DNA from: an uncultured Planctomycetia bacterium
GTDB taxonomy: Bacteria > Omnitrophota > Gorgyraeia > 1-14-0-20-64-10
Direction of reading: 5' to 3'
DNA: 54,475 nucleotides
Assembly (NCBI GenBank): GCA_964373805.1
Contig: CAYJWF010000009.1
Span: 1 to 54,475 of the forward strand
Shown here: piece after piece, positions 33,554 to 45,317 of the stretch
Position numbering within the stretch: the first letter of the stretch is position 1
Layout: each line of letters opens with the position of its first letter
The notes under the pieces: model-generated
Told to the model about the DNA's origin: nothing
Databases searched by the model: none
Seen by the model: only the letters and a program-made list of their open reading frames with translations
Translations under genes and position numbers: made by a program

Positions 33554-36048
33554 AAATTCCTGTCCCGCTCCAAAATCTTGAGAATCTGCTCGGCCCGGTC
33601 CGTGACCTGCGATGGAACCCCGGCCAGCCGCGCCACATGAATCCCATAACTTTTATCCGACCCGCCGCGGATCAGTTTGCGAAGGAAAACGATTCCTTGG
33701 CCAGTTTCCTTGACGGCCATCGTGTAATTCTTGATGCCGGCCCACTGCGATTCCAACTGGATCAGCTCATGGTAGTGGGTCGCGAACAGGGTGCGGGGGC
33801 GGACCGGTCCTTGAACGAGATGTTCGCAGATCGCCCAGGCGAGACTCACCCCGTCGAAGGTGGAGGTCCCGCGGCCAACCTCATCGAGAAGGAGGAGACT
33901 TCTTTCGGTGGCGCTCTGAAGGATTTGGGCCATCTCGATCATCTCCACCATGAAGGTGCTCTCTCCCCGCGCGATGGAATCGGAAGCGCCAATCCGGGTA
34001 AAGATCCGATCCACGAGGCCAATCCGGGCGAAACTTGCTGGAACAAACGAGCCGATCTGGGCCAAGAGGACGATCTGGGCCACCTGCCGAATGGTGGTCG
34101 ACTTCCCGGCCATGTTGGGTCCGGTCAAAATGAGGAGCTGGTTCTCTTGACCGTCGAGCGTCGTGTCGTTCTCGACGAACTGCCCTGCGGGCAACACGCT
34201 CTCCACCACCGGATGACGGCCCTCTTTAATTTCCAATTCGAGGGAATCGGTCACGATCGGGCGAACCCACCGTTTCTGAATCGCCGTGAGGCTCAAGGAG
34301 GACACCGCGTCCAACCTTCCCACCGCCCGGGCCATCTCCTGCAAGGGGTTTAAAGCCTGGAGCACCTCCTCTCGGATTTCTTGGAAAAGCCGAAGCTCCA
34401 ACTCCTTGATCCGTTCCTCGGCTCCAGCGATCCTCTCATCCCATTCCTTAAGTTCCGGAACGATGAATCGCTCCGCGTTGACCAGCGTCTGCTTACGGAT
34501 GTAGTCCGGGGGAACCAGAGGAAGGTTGGCGGCGCTCACCTCGATCGCGTAGCCGAACAGATGGGAGTATCGAATCTTAAGCGACTTAATCCCGGTTCGT
34601 TCGATCTGGCGCCGTTGAAACTCGATGAGCCAGCTCTTCCCTTGCGCGGTCAGGGCCTTCAGCTCGTCCAGCTCTTTCGAGAAACCGTCCCGGATCATCC
34701 CCCCCTCTCTTAACGTCAGGGGAGGATCTTCCACAATCGCCCGAGCGAGGAGATCGTACGGGGTGGCAGAGGGGGACATCCGGCTCCTCAACTCCTGTAA
34801 GAATCCCTCGCTAACGCTCGGGACGTTTCTGGACTGGCCGCTGGCGCAGCCAGAAACGTATAAGAAGGAACTACGCCCTTTGGAGAGGGCCGCTTCGATC
34901 TCAGGAATCCGCCTTAAGAAAAACCTAAGCTGCACCAGATCCCGAGCGTTGGCCACCCCAACGTTCAGTCGGCTCAAAACCCGTTCGATGTCCCGAATGC
35001 CTTTCAACCCAGAGCGGATCGTCTGAAGCAGAGACGCCTCCTGAACCAATCCGGCCGTTGCCTCTTGCCGGTCCTGGATCTGTTTTAGATCCAACAGCGG
35101 GTGTGTAACCCAATCCAGCAAAGCCCGTTTGCCCATCGGGGTCAAGGTCTGATCCACGCAATCCAGGAGGCAGCCGCCCCCTCGGTCGCCGCTCAGACAA
35201 GAAACGATCTCCAGGTTCCTCAACGTCTGCCGGTCGAGCGTCATCCTCTCGTGGCTCGCCCGCAAGACCGGCAACTGCACGTGCCGAAGATCGTGGTAGA
35301 GGTGGTCTTTAAGATAATAGAGGACCGCTCCAGCGGCGCCAACGGCCAGCTCCCGGTCGTGGAAGGCGATGGCCCGCTCCGAGGCCAACGAAAACCCATC
35401 TCTCAAGAGCCTCGACCCCTCTTCCCATCCAAAGATCCAATCGTCGTAGATCGTAAGGGCGGCCCCAAGATCCTCTTTGAGGGTAGAGACCAACGCGGGG
35501 TTCGCTGACAGCCGCTTGGGTAAAATCGCCTCCTTCGGCTCGATCCCGGCCAGTTCGTGGATCATCCGCTCCAGAGGGGCCTCCCGAACGAAGAACTCTC
35601 CGGTGCCCAGGTCCAGGGCCGCCCAGGCGGCGTTCGTCGGATCGGCCGCCACCGCCACGAGGTATTCGGGTCGGCTTCCGGCCACCTCGTCGTCCAGATA
35701 GGTGGCCGGCGAGATGATCCGGGTGACCTTACGTTCCACCAACCCTTTGGAGATCTGGGGATCCCCGATCTGTTCGCAGATGGCCACTTTGAGATTCTTC
35801 CCCAAGAGGGCGCGAACGTACGGCCCAAAGGCGTGGTAGGGAATCCCACACATCGGCACCCGCCCGGCAGGTCCTGCGTCTCGACCGGTCAAGGTGATGT
35901 TCAGGATCTCCGAGGCCCGAACAGCGTCTTCAAAAAACATTTCGTAAAAATCCCCCAACCGGAAGAAGAGGACGGTATCCTCGGACAACGTCTTCTTCAT
36001 CGAGCGATACTGCTCCATCATGGGGGTAAAGCGCAGGAGCGTTTCCAC
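33550..36048 (-). CDS. mutS: DNA mismatch repair protein MutS
   Basis: TPMMEQY, GDFYEMF, TGPNMAGKST, DEVGRGTST, FATHYHEL, SYGIHVA. Confidence 0.97.
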   Translation of the reverse strand: METLLRFTPMMEQYRSMKKTLSEDTVLFFRLGDFYEMFFEDAVRASEILNITLTGRDAGPAGRVPMCGIPYHAFGPYVRALLGKNLKVAICEQIGDPQISKGLVERKVTRIISPATYLDDEVAGSRPEYLVAVAADPTNAAWAALDLGTGEFFVREAPLERMIHELAGIEPKEAILPKRLSANPALVSTLKEDLGAALTIYDDWIFGWEEGSRLLRDGFSLASERAIAFHDRELAVGAAGAVLYYLKDHLYHDLRHVQLPVLRASHERMTLDRQTLRNLEIVSCLSGDRGGGCLLDCVDQTLTPMGKRALLDWVTHPLLDLKQIQDRQEATAGLVQEASLLQTIRSGLKGIRDIERVLSRLNVGVANARDLVQLRFFLRRIPEIEAALSKGRSSFLYVSGCASGQSRNVPSVSEGFLQELRSRMSPSATPYDLLARAIVEDPPLTLREGGMIRDGFSKELDELKALTAQGKSWLIEFQRRQIERTGIKSLKIRYSHLFGYAIEVSAANLPLVPPDYIRKQTLVNAERFIVPELKEWDERIAGAEERIKELELRLFQEIREEVLQALNPLQEMARAVGRLDAVSSLSLTAIQKRWVRPIVTDSLELEIKEGRHPVVESVLPAGQFVENDTTLDGQENQLLILTGPNMAGKSTTIRQVAQIVLLAQIGSFVPASFARIGLVDRIFTRIGASDSIARGESTFMVEMIEMAQILQSATERSLLLLDEVGRGTSTFDGVSLAWAICEHLVQGPVRPRTLFATHYHELIQLESQWAGIKNYTMAVKETGQGIVFLRKLIRGGSDKSYGIHVARLAGVPSQVTDRAEQILKILERDRNF
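34798..34866. repeat. 63-bp in-frame palindromic insertion in mutS flanked by a 6-bp direct repeat
   Basis: TAAGAA at 34798 and 34861; internal ACGTTTCTGG..CCAGAAACGT inverted repeat. Confidence 0.7.
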
Positions 36049-36372
36049 TTACCTCCTCTTCTCGGTCCGAGCGCCTACGTCGGACCCGCATTGGGCACAC
36101 CAGTAGCCGTACAGATCCCCATCGGCCAAGGTCAGAAGCAACCGCTCCCGAGTTGGCATGGAACGTCGACAGGTAGGGCAGTAAAGATGGGTGGCATTCA
36201 GCGATTCAAACTGGGCCTTCGGGGAAGAATCTTCGGCCGGGACAGACCCCTGGGGCTCAAGCAAACCGACCCGGCGAAGGGCTTCCTTCCGACAAGCCTC
36301 CGAGCAGATCGGCGCGTAAGGGTGTTTTTCGTAGGGGGATAGCGTCCCCTGGCAGATGGGGCAACGGATCAC
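36049..36372 (-). CDS. Double zinc-finger protein (YacG-like N-terminus plus a second Zn ribbon)
   Basis: CPIC..PICSEAC and CPTC..CAQC; abuts the mutS start. Confidence 0.75.
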   Translation of the reverse strand: MIRCPICQGTLSPYEKHPYAPICSEACRKEALRRVGLLEPQGSVPAEDSSPKAQFESLNATHLYCPTCRRSMPTRERLLLTLADGDLYGYWCAQCGSDVGARTEKRR

Positions 36373-36419
36373 CCCTTTATTTTAGCATGCTCCCATTGTG
36401 GTACACTACTACGCCAAGA

Positions 36420-36971
36420 ATGGGAAACCGAGCCGAGCGGAAGAAACGGGCGTTCTGGGACTGGCGATACGTCCCGATGGAACAGCGCCGACTCTACACC
36501 TGGGCCTGCATTCTGTTTTGGTCGATCCTGATGACCTTCTTCGTCCAGCGCTGCGTGATTGGGGTCGGGATTGTCACCGACCGAAGCATGCTTCCCACCC
36601 TGCAGGAAAACAGCATCTACTTGATCAACAAATACCTCTACCACTTCACCCGGCCTAAACGGGGAGACATCGTGGTCCTACGCAAATTCCCTTTTGCCCC
36701 GGATCCTTACGTCAAGCGGGCGATCGGTCTGGAAGGGGAAACCATCCAAATCAAGAACGGAGAGGTTTACATCAACGGGGAGCGCCTCAACGAACCGTAC
36801 GCCGTGGGGAGAACCTATCCCAACCTCGGGCCGTACACGATGGAGAAGGGAAACTACTTCGTGCTGGGAGACAACCGCTTGGACAGTATGGACAGCCGCC
36901 ATTTTGGGACGGTGCCGCTCCACCGGATCGAAGGAAAGATCCAGCCGGACGAGTGGTTTCCGTTCCGTTAA
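36420..36971 (+). CDS. lepB: Signal peptidase I
   Basis: SMLPTL, RGDIVV, YVKRAIG, GDNRLDSMDSR; ATG at 36420 preferred (track start 36387). Confidence 0.93.
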   Translation: MGNRAERKKRAFWDWRYVPMEQRRLYTWACILFWSILMTFFVQRCVIGVGIVTDRSMLPTLQENSIYLINKYLYHFTRPKRGDIVVLRKFPFAPDPYVKRAIGLEGETIQIKNGEVYINGERLNEPYAVGRTYPNLGPYTMEKGNYFVLGDNRLDSMDSRHFGTVPLHRIEGKIQPDEWFPFR

Positions 36972-38686
36972 AGGGGGCCGGGCGCCCTGATGCCGCGCAC
37001 CTTGAGTTCAATCCGACGACCGGTGGAATCGATCCGACGGATGGGCGAATAGGCCAGCGCGACCGGCTGATCCTTCAACCGCTGGATCCCCTCCTCCAGC
37101 CAACCATCGTACCGCGGCTGGATGGCTTCGAAAGTCTGGCCGCCGGTATCCTGGACGAGGCGGCGAATCCCCTGGGGGGAAAAGGCCGTTGATTTATCCG
37201 CTGTTTTGAAACGAACCTCCTGCGACATAAAAATCGGCCAGGGGTTGCCAGAGCCGAAGGGGGCCAACACCTCGAGGTCCCGCATCAGCCCCTCGGTCAA
37301 AGAGAAAAGCGGCAACTGAGCGTCCAGCTCTAAACAGGGGGTCAAGGCCTTGGGGTCGATTCGGCTGTGCGCCACTTGATTCAAGGCCTGCCGAAACGGC
37401 CCCACTTGATCTTGGCGGATCGTCAGACCCGCCGCGGCCGGATGCCCTCCAAAGGCCACGAGGTGCTCCTTCGTCGCTTCCAAGGCTTCCACCAAATGGA
37501 AGTCGGGAATCGATCGGGCCGAACCTCGAGAGTCTGTCCCGTTTAAGGCGATGATCACCGTTGGGCGATGGAATCTGAGCGCCAATCGGGCGGCCACAAT
37601 GCCGATCACGCCCGGGTGCCACCGTTCGTCCTCCAGGACGATCACCCGGTCGGTTCGAAAGTTAACCTCCCGTTCCACCTTGGCCAAAGCCCGGCCCAAC
37701 GCCTCTCGCTCCAGGACCCTCCGGTTCTTATTCTCTCGATTCAACTCCTTGGCCAGCGCTTGCGCCTCTTTCAAGTCCTCGGTGATGAGCAGGCGCAAAC
37801 TGGCCTCGGCTGAACCGGTCCTCCCCACGGCGTTTAGGCGAGGAGCCAAATAGAAGCTGATCTCCTCGGCGCTCAACGTTTCCTGAGACAGGGAAGCCGC
37901 CGATAAGAGGGCCTGCAGCCCTATCTTAGCGTTCGATCGCAATCGATGAAGGCCGGCCTTCACCAGAATCCGGTTCTCTCCCACCAGGGGCGCCCAATCG
38001 GCGACCGTTCCCAACGCCACCAAATCGAGATGGGCCCACGCCTTGGGTTCCCTCTCGCCCAATAATCCGCGAGCCAAGGTAAAGGCCACCCCCACCGAGG
38101 CCAAATCCTTACAGGGATACCGACAGTCGGCTCGCAGGGGATTGAGGAGGGCCTTGACCGGCGGCCGTCCTGCCGGAAGAAGCTCGTGGTGATCCACGAC
38201 GATCGTTTCCAACCCCAGTTGGTTGGCCAGCGTCAACTCCTCAAAATGGGTCGTCCCACAATCGATCGTCACCAAAAGCTTCACCCCGCGATCCGACGCT
38301 TCCCGGACCACCTGCGATTTCAACCCGTAGCCGTCGGTCATTCGGTGTGGAATGTGCCAAGAGACTTGGGCTCCCAGCTCCCGCAGCACGCGGTAGAGAA
38401 GCGCCGTGCCGGTTAATCCATCGACATCGTAGTCGCCTACCAGAAGGATCGATTCTCTTCTTCGCAGGGCCAAACGGATTCGATGAACCGCCTTCTCCAA
38501 ATCGGCCATAAGCTCCGGGGAGGCGAGGGTGCCTAAATCGGCGCAGAGAAATCCCAAGGCCTCTTCCGGGGAGTTCACCCGACGGTGGGCCAGCAGACGA
38601 GCCAGGAGAGGGGGGATTTCCAGGCTCTGGGCGAGGCGATGCACCCTCGCCTCATCGACCGTTCGGATTCTCCAAATTCGGCGCAT
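36968..38686 (-). CDS. recJ: ssDNA exonuclease RecJ
   Basis: GDYDVDG, DCG, DHH, APRLNA, GSARS, GGHPAAAG. Confidence 0.96.
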   Translation of the reverse strand: MRRIWRIRTVDEARVHRLAQSLEIPPLLARLLAHRRVNSPEEALGFLCADLGTLASPELMADLEKAVHRIRLALRRRESILLVGDYDVDGLTGTALLYRVLRELGAQVSWHIPHRMTDGYGLKSQVVREASDRGVKLLVTIDCGTTHFEELTLANQLGLETIVVDHHELLPAGRPPVKALLNPLRADCRYPCKDLASVGVAFTLARGLLGEREPKAWAHLDLVALGTVADWAPLVGENRILVKAGLHRLRSNAKIGLQALLSAASLSQETLSAEEISFYLAPRLNAVGRTGSAEASLRLLITEDLKEAQALAKELNRENKNRRVLEREALGRALAKVEREVNFRTDRVIVLEDERWHPGVIGIVAARLALRFHRPTVIIALNGTDSRGSARSIPDFHLVEALEATKEHLVAFGGHPAAAGLTIRQDQVGPFRQALNQVAHSRIDPKALTPCLELDAQLPLFSLTEGLMRDLEVLAPFGSGNPWPIFMSQEVRFKTADKSTAFSPQGIRRLVQDTGGQTFEAIQPRYDGWLEEGIQRLKDQPVALAYSPIRRIDSTGRRIELKVRGIRAPGPL

Positions 38687-38694
38687 CTAAACTT

Positions 38695-40857
38695 TTACGA
38701 TCGCTTTCTGGCCCAAGCCAGAAGCAGGGGACTGGCGATATAGACCGTGGAATAGACGCCCGAAACAAACCCCACCATCAGGGCAAAGGCAAAGTCGTTT
38801 AAGACCTCTCCCCCGAAAAAGAAAAGGGCCAACACCGTCAACAACGTCACCCCGGAGGTGAGCACAGTCCGGGAAAGGGTCTGATTCAAGGCCAGGTTGA
38901 TCAGCTCCGGGAAGGTCATCCGCCGAGCGGTCCTTCTTAATTCCCGGATCCGATCGTAGATCACGATCGTGTCGTTGATTGAATAACCAGAGATCGTCAG
39001 CAAAGCGGCCACCAAGGTGAGCGACAGGGGCCGGCCGGTTACGCCCAAAGCCCCCACCGCGATCAAGACGTCGTGCAGAAGGGCCACAATTCCGGCGATC
39101 CCAAAACTCCAGGAGCGGAATCGGATTCCCACGTAGACGCTGATCGAAACCAACGCCCAGAAGATCGCTTGAACGGCTCGACGCCGCAAGTCCTTGCCCA
39201 CCGAGGGGCCCACCTGTTCGACCCGGACCATTTCAAACGGGTTCCCCGGAAAGTCGGCCTTGAGTTTGGCCTTGACCGTCTCGACGGTATCCCCGGTGGT
39301 TCGAATGAGAACCTCGTTGGATTGGCCGAACTGCTGCAAGGAGGCCTCCGCCAAGTCGATCTCTTTAAGGCTCGAGCGGACCTTCTCCAACGCGATCGGC
39401 TGCTGGAACCGGTACTGCTGGAGTTGGCCACCGGTAAAGTCGATCCCGTACGCCTTGGGGCCCAAGAGGCCAAAGTAAGTCACCCCTCCGATCACGAGGA
39501 GGAGCGAGGTGACGTAGCAAAAGACCCTGGGTTTTAAGAAATCGACACGAGTCTCGCCAATCAAACGGAGCATCCGAACCTGCGTGAGCCACCCGACCCG
39601 ATGGAGCCACTCGAAGATGACCCGGGTCACCACAATGGCAGTGAACATGCTGGCCGTCAATCCGATCACGGTGGTCACGGCGAACCCTCGGATCGGCCCG
39701 GTCCCAAACTGAAACAAAAGGAAGGCGGCGATCAAGGTGGTGACGTTCGAGTCAAAGATCGCGCTGAAGGCCCGGCCGTAGCTGTTGGCGATGAGCTGCC
39801 GCAGGGGTCGGCCTTGTTTTAGCTCCTCCCGCATCCGTTCGTAGATGAGGACGTTGGCGTCCACCGCCATCCCGAGGGTGAGCAGAATCCCCGCGATTCC
39901 GGGCAGCGTCAAGGTGGCGTTCAACATCCCTAAGCCGCCTAAGATGATCAGGAAATTCAAGGCCAACGCGACATCGGCGATCAGACCGGCCAAGAGGTAA
40001 TACCCCGCCATGAACAGAAAAACGAGCACCAGGCCGATGGCCGTGGCCCGCACCCCGGCCCGGATCGAATCGGATCCCAGCAGCGGCCCTACCGTCCGTT
40101 CCTCCTCGACGATCAACGGAGCCGGTAAGGCGCCGGTTCTCAAGACCAACGCCAGGTCGGCCGCTTCCTGAGGGGTAAATCGCCCTTCAATCTGTCCCTG
40201 ATCGTTGATCTGGCTGCGGATCACCGGGGCCGATTTGATCTTGCCGTCCAGCACGATGGCGAGCCGTCGACCCACGTTGTCTCCCGTTAACTTGGAGAAG
40301 CTCTTGGCCCCTTCCGGGGTTAAGGTGAAACTCACCACCGGCAAACCGAACTGTCCATAATCTACCAAGGCGTTGGCGAGCCCGGTTCCGGTTAAGGGGA
40401 CGCCCTTCTCCAATAGATACGGCTCTCCTTGGGCATCCCGGAGAAGCTCGTATCCTTCCACCGCCTCCCCGGCGGTCGCCTTGCGGAACGCCTCGGCATC
40501 GCTGGAGACCAATCGGAATTCCAGATGGGCCACCTGCTGAACGATGTTCAACGCCCGCTCCCGATCGGTAACCCCAGGAAGCTGCACCACAATCTCATCG
40601 ATCCCTTGCCGCTGAACCGACGGCTCCTTCACCCCAAACTGATCGATCCGGTTGCGGATCACCTCCAACGCCCGATCCGGGGCGTCGGTCCTCGCCTCGG
40701 CAGGAACCTTACTCGTATCGACCTTGAGGATGAGGTGCATCCCCCCCCTCAAGTCCAACCCCAGGGCGATCTTCTCCTTTAAAGGAAAGGCATTCCAAGC
40801 CGAAAGGAGGGCAACGGCTGCGATGGTGACGATCCAGGGGGTTAGTCTTCGGTACAT
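38695..40857 (-). CDS. secDF: Fused protein translocase subunit SecDF
   Basis: LGLDLRGG, GMAVDANVLIYER, GIDFTGG, GYSINDTIVIYDRIRE. Confidence 0.96.
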   Translation of the reverse strand: MYRRLTPWIVTIAAVALLSAWNAFPLKEKIALGLDLRGGMHLILKVDTSKVPAEARTDAPDRALEVIRNRIDQFGVKEPSVQRQGIDEIVVQLPGVTDRERALNIVQQVAHLEFRLVSSDAEAFRKATAGEAVEGYELLRDAQGEPYLLEKGVPLTGTGLANALVDYGQFGLPVVSFTLTPEGAKSFSKLTGDNVGRRLAIVLDGKIKSAPVIRSQINDQGQIEGRFTPQEAADLALVLRTGALPAPLIVEEERTVGPLLGSDSIRAGVRATAIGLVLVFLFMAGYYLLAGLIADVALALNFLIILGGLGMLNATLTLPGIAGILLTLGMAVDANVLIYERMREELKQGRPLRQLIANSYGRAFSAIFDSNVTTLIAAFLLFQFGTGPIRGFAVTTVIGLTASMFTAIVVTRVIFEWLHRVGWLTQVRMLRLIGETRVDFLKPRVFCYVTSLLLVIGGVTYFGLLGPKAYGIDFTGGQLQQYRFQQPIALEKVRSSLKEIDLAEASLQQFGQSNEVLIRTTGDTVETVKAKLKADFPGNPFEMVRVEQVGPSVGKDLRRRAVQAIFWALVSISVYVGIRFRSWSFGIAGIVALLHDVLIAVGALGVTGRPLSLTLVAALLTISGYSINDTIVIYDRIRELRRTARRMTFPELINLALNQTLSRTVLTSGVTLLTVLALFFFGGEVLNDFAFALMVGFVSGVYSTVYIASPLLLAWARKRS

Positions 40858-40869
40858 CGTGACGAAATT

Positions 40870-42845
<1,976 letters not shown>

Positions 42846-42861
<16 letters not shown>

Positions 42862-43970
42862 CGATGCGACTTTTTAAAAGTTGGTGCGGTGTCTGACACC
42901 AGCATCGCGTCGCCGTAGGAGTAGAACCGGTAGCCCATTCGGATCGCTTCCTCGTAAGCGGCCAGGATCTGTTCGGTCCCGGCGAAAGCAGCCACCAGAT
43001 AGAGGAGACTTGTTCCCGGCAGGTGAAAATTGGTGATCATGGCGTCCACCATTTTAAACCGAAACGGCGGCCGGATAAACAGTTCCGTCGTCCCCTCCGT
43101 AGCGTTTAGCGGATAGCGTTCAGCGGATAGGTGCTTTCTATACGCTGCACGCTGTATGCTATACGCTGCCCTTCTATACGCCATACGCTCTACGCTATGC
43201 GCTGTTTCCAACGCCCGTACCACCGTCGTCCCCACCGCGATAACACGGCCACCCTTCGCTTTAGCTTCGGCAATCGTCTGCATGGTCTCTGGCAGAATCC
43301 GAAACCACTCTGGGTGGAGTTTGCCTTCCCGAAGCTCCTCTCCTCCCACCGGTTTAAACGTCCCCCAACCGACGTGGAGGGTAACAAACGCGAGGCGAAC
43401 TCCTTGGGCTTTAATCCGCTCCAGGAGATCTTCCGTGAAATGGAGCCCTGCCGTTGGCGCCGCCACCGCTCCTGGATTCCGGGCATAGACGGTCTGATAC
43501 CACTGGCTATCCTCCGGCTGAACCGCCCTTCGGATATACGGCGGTAAGGGGACCTCCCCGATTTTAAAGGGGTCTGACCCCTGAAACCGAACAAGCCGCT
43601 CGGCTCCATTCGCTGATATCACCTCTGCCTCCAAATGGTGCCTGGCACCATTGAAAAAGAGTCTTGAGCCAGGTCGTAGGTTTTTCCCCGGCTTCCCCAA
43701 GCACCAATAAGTCGCTTCCCCCTCTGACCGAAGCACCAGTAGCTCTACTTTGCCTCCGGTTTCCTCCCGTTTCCCGTAAACACGAGCCGTCAAAACCTTC
43801 GTGTCGTTGAGGACTAGACAATCTCCCGGCCGTAGAAATTGGGGCAAATCTCGGAAAATATGGTGGGAAATCTCTCCTGTGGCGCGATCCAATACCAACA
43901 GGCGGGCCCGATCCCGCGGCTCACACGGCCGCTGGGCAATGAGCCTCTCGGGCAGCTCGTACGTCAACAC
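42846..43970 (-). CDS. queA: S-adenosylmethionine:tRNA ribosyltransferase-isomerase
   Basis: LPERLIAQRP, NDTKV, PLPPYI, AAPTAGLHF, TLHVG, TNFHLP, YRFYSYGDAML. Confidence 0.96.
42850..42900. repeat. GGTGTCWGACACC palindrome doublet at the queA / gamma-CA junction
   Basis: GGTGTCAGACACC (42850-42862) and GGTGTCTGACACC (42888-42900). Confidence 0.85.
43100..43203. repeat. Inverted heptamer array inside queA
   Basis: TAGCGTT TAGCGGA TAGCGTT CAGCGGA TAG followed by CTATACG-like units; encodes AHSVERMAYRRAAYSIQRAAYRKHLSAERYPLNA. Confidence 0.88.
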
Positions 43971-43990
43971 CCGTCCATTATATCAAGGAA

Positions 43991-44272
43991 TCATTGTCGC
44001 TTTAGGAATCGCCGGACTTCATCGTGCGTTCCTAAAAGGGCCAAAATAATCTCTTGCTGTTCCACAACGTAGACGACGCGAAGGGCCAAACCAGCACGAA
44101 ACTCGTAGGTACGGCCTCCCAGGTGCTTTATCCCGAAACCAACCGGGGCCTCGCGGGTCTGAAGGTAATGCCGAAAGCGTCCAAGAGCTTCGTCCACCCG
44201 ATGACGATCGTCCCCGGAAAGCCGATCATAGACCTTAAGGAACCCGGCCTTGGCAACGATCTGCCAAGGCAT
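43991..44272 (-). CDS. RelE/ParE-superfamily toxin
   Basis: 93 aa basic protein; YEFRAGLALRVVY, LGTHDEV C-terminal motif. Confidence 0.75.
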   Translation of the reverse strand: MPWQIVAKAGFLKVYDRLSGDDRHRVDEALGRFRHYLQTREAPVGFGIKHLGGRTYEFRAGLALRVVYVVEQQEIILALLGTHDEVRRFLKRQ

Positions 44273-44548
44273 TTATCGGGGGCGTCTCTGGTGAAGGCCC
44301 TTGATGAGCTCCCCCATCGATCGGAAGACTCGATCGCCAGCCTCCCGTTTCAAGACCTTTTCTTCAAATCGACCTAAGGCCTCCGGGGAGATCTTCTCCT
44401 CCAATTCCATGGGGGTCAACACGATTCGCCCGTTGGAGCAGCCTACATCAAAATAGACATCCTCTGGGCCCAACCCAGCTCGCTCCAGAACCGCCTTGGG
44501 GATTGCGATTTGATTCTTCCGTGACCTTTTAACGAGCACCTTTTCCAC
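44273..44548 (-). CDS. AbrB/MazE/SpoVT-family antitoxin
   Basis: KNQIAIPKAVLERAGL..GRIVLTP; GTG at 44548 after GGGAGG (track start 44557). Confidence 0.85.
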   Translation of the reverse strand: MEKVLVKRSRKNQIAIPKAVLERAGLGPEDVYFDVGCSNGRIVLTPMELEEKISPEALGRFEEKVLKREAGDRVFRSMGELIKGLHQRRPR

Positions 44549-44558
44549 ACCTCCCACT

Positions 44559-44603
44559 AGTAAGTCTACCTTACTTTTTTACTATAAGCAAGTAAAACTT
44601 ACT
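44559..44603. promoter_or_regulatory. Palindromic operator(s) upstream of the AbrB-RelE pair
   Basis: AGTAAG-N5-CTTACT (44559-44575) and AGTAA-N3-TTACT (44591-44603). Confidence 0.55.
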
Positions 44604-44614
44604 CGTAGTAGGCT

Positions 44615-45025
44615 CTAAGTTTCTGGGAGGTACCTGGGAAATGACAGAACTCGGTGGATAACAGTAAAGTCCTCATCCAGCGTCCAGAGCGGTGTGTGAT
44701 GGTGAGCCGCCGTAGAAGCGATTATGAGGTCGATCATGGAAACCTGGTAACCATGTCGCGCAAGTGAAAAGCGGACCTCCTCTACCTGTTCCCAGAGATT
44801 ATCCGGCGCCATTAACATCGGAATGGCCTTAAACCATTCCCGCAGGTGTAATCTTTCCCGCTCGGTGCGTGCACCCGACAAGACCTCTGCTCGGACAGGA
44901 GCGCAGCCTTGAACTGCCTTGGCTTGAAGCAACCCATCCAGATGCAGAGCCTCCGAAGATTGTTTGAAGCGGAAGAAATTCACCCAAACCGAGCTGTCCA
45001 CCAAGATCCCTGCAAGGCCAGGCAC
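44615..45025 (-). CDS. vapC: VapC PIN-domain toxin
   Basis: ILVDSSVWV, EVLSG, DLIIA, WTLDEDF. Confidence 0.9.
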   Translation of the reverse strand: MPGLAGILVDSSVWVNFFRFKQSSEALHLDGLLQAKAVQGCAPVRAEVLSGARTERERLHLREWFKAIPMLMAPDNLWEQVEEVRFSLARHGYQVSMIDLIIASTAAHHHTPLWTLDEDFTVIHRVLSFPRYLPET

Positions 45026-45027
45026 TG

Positions 45028-45219
45028 CTATCGGCGCCGGGACTTCCGAAGGTCAATATCCAAGTCTATCTTGCCTCGGAGAGAGCGAAGCTCCTCAATC
45101 CGGTACCGGTTGATCAGCTCCTGAAGCCCCAACGCAACGGCCATCGTCTTGGTCTTGGCATGGGATACCCGCATCGCCTCGGTGATCAATTCGTCTGGGA
45201 GTTCGAGAGTCGTTCGCAT
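45028..45219 (-). CDS. vapB: VapB-family ribbon-helix-helix antitoxin
   Basis: MRTTLELPDELITEAMR..KTKT..LRGKI. Confidence 0.9.
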   Translation of the reverse strand: MRTTLELPDELITEAMRVSHAKTKTMAVALGLQELINRYRIEELRSLRGKIDLDIDLRKSRRR

Positions 45220-45317
45220 ATAATCCCATCCATTGATATGTATTATCTATATAAAGAATAGCACATTTATATGATCCACTTCAAGAAAAATGTGGTGGAT
45301 GTCGAACTCCATGAGGG

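Noticed and set aside
33550..33620. MutS apparently lacking the usual C-terminal extension (possible pseudogene)
   Set aside because: All catalytic motifs are intact and the stop is coupled to the mutL start, so a naturally short form is more likely.
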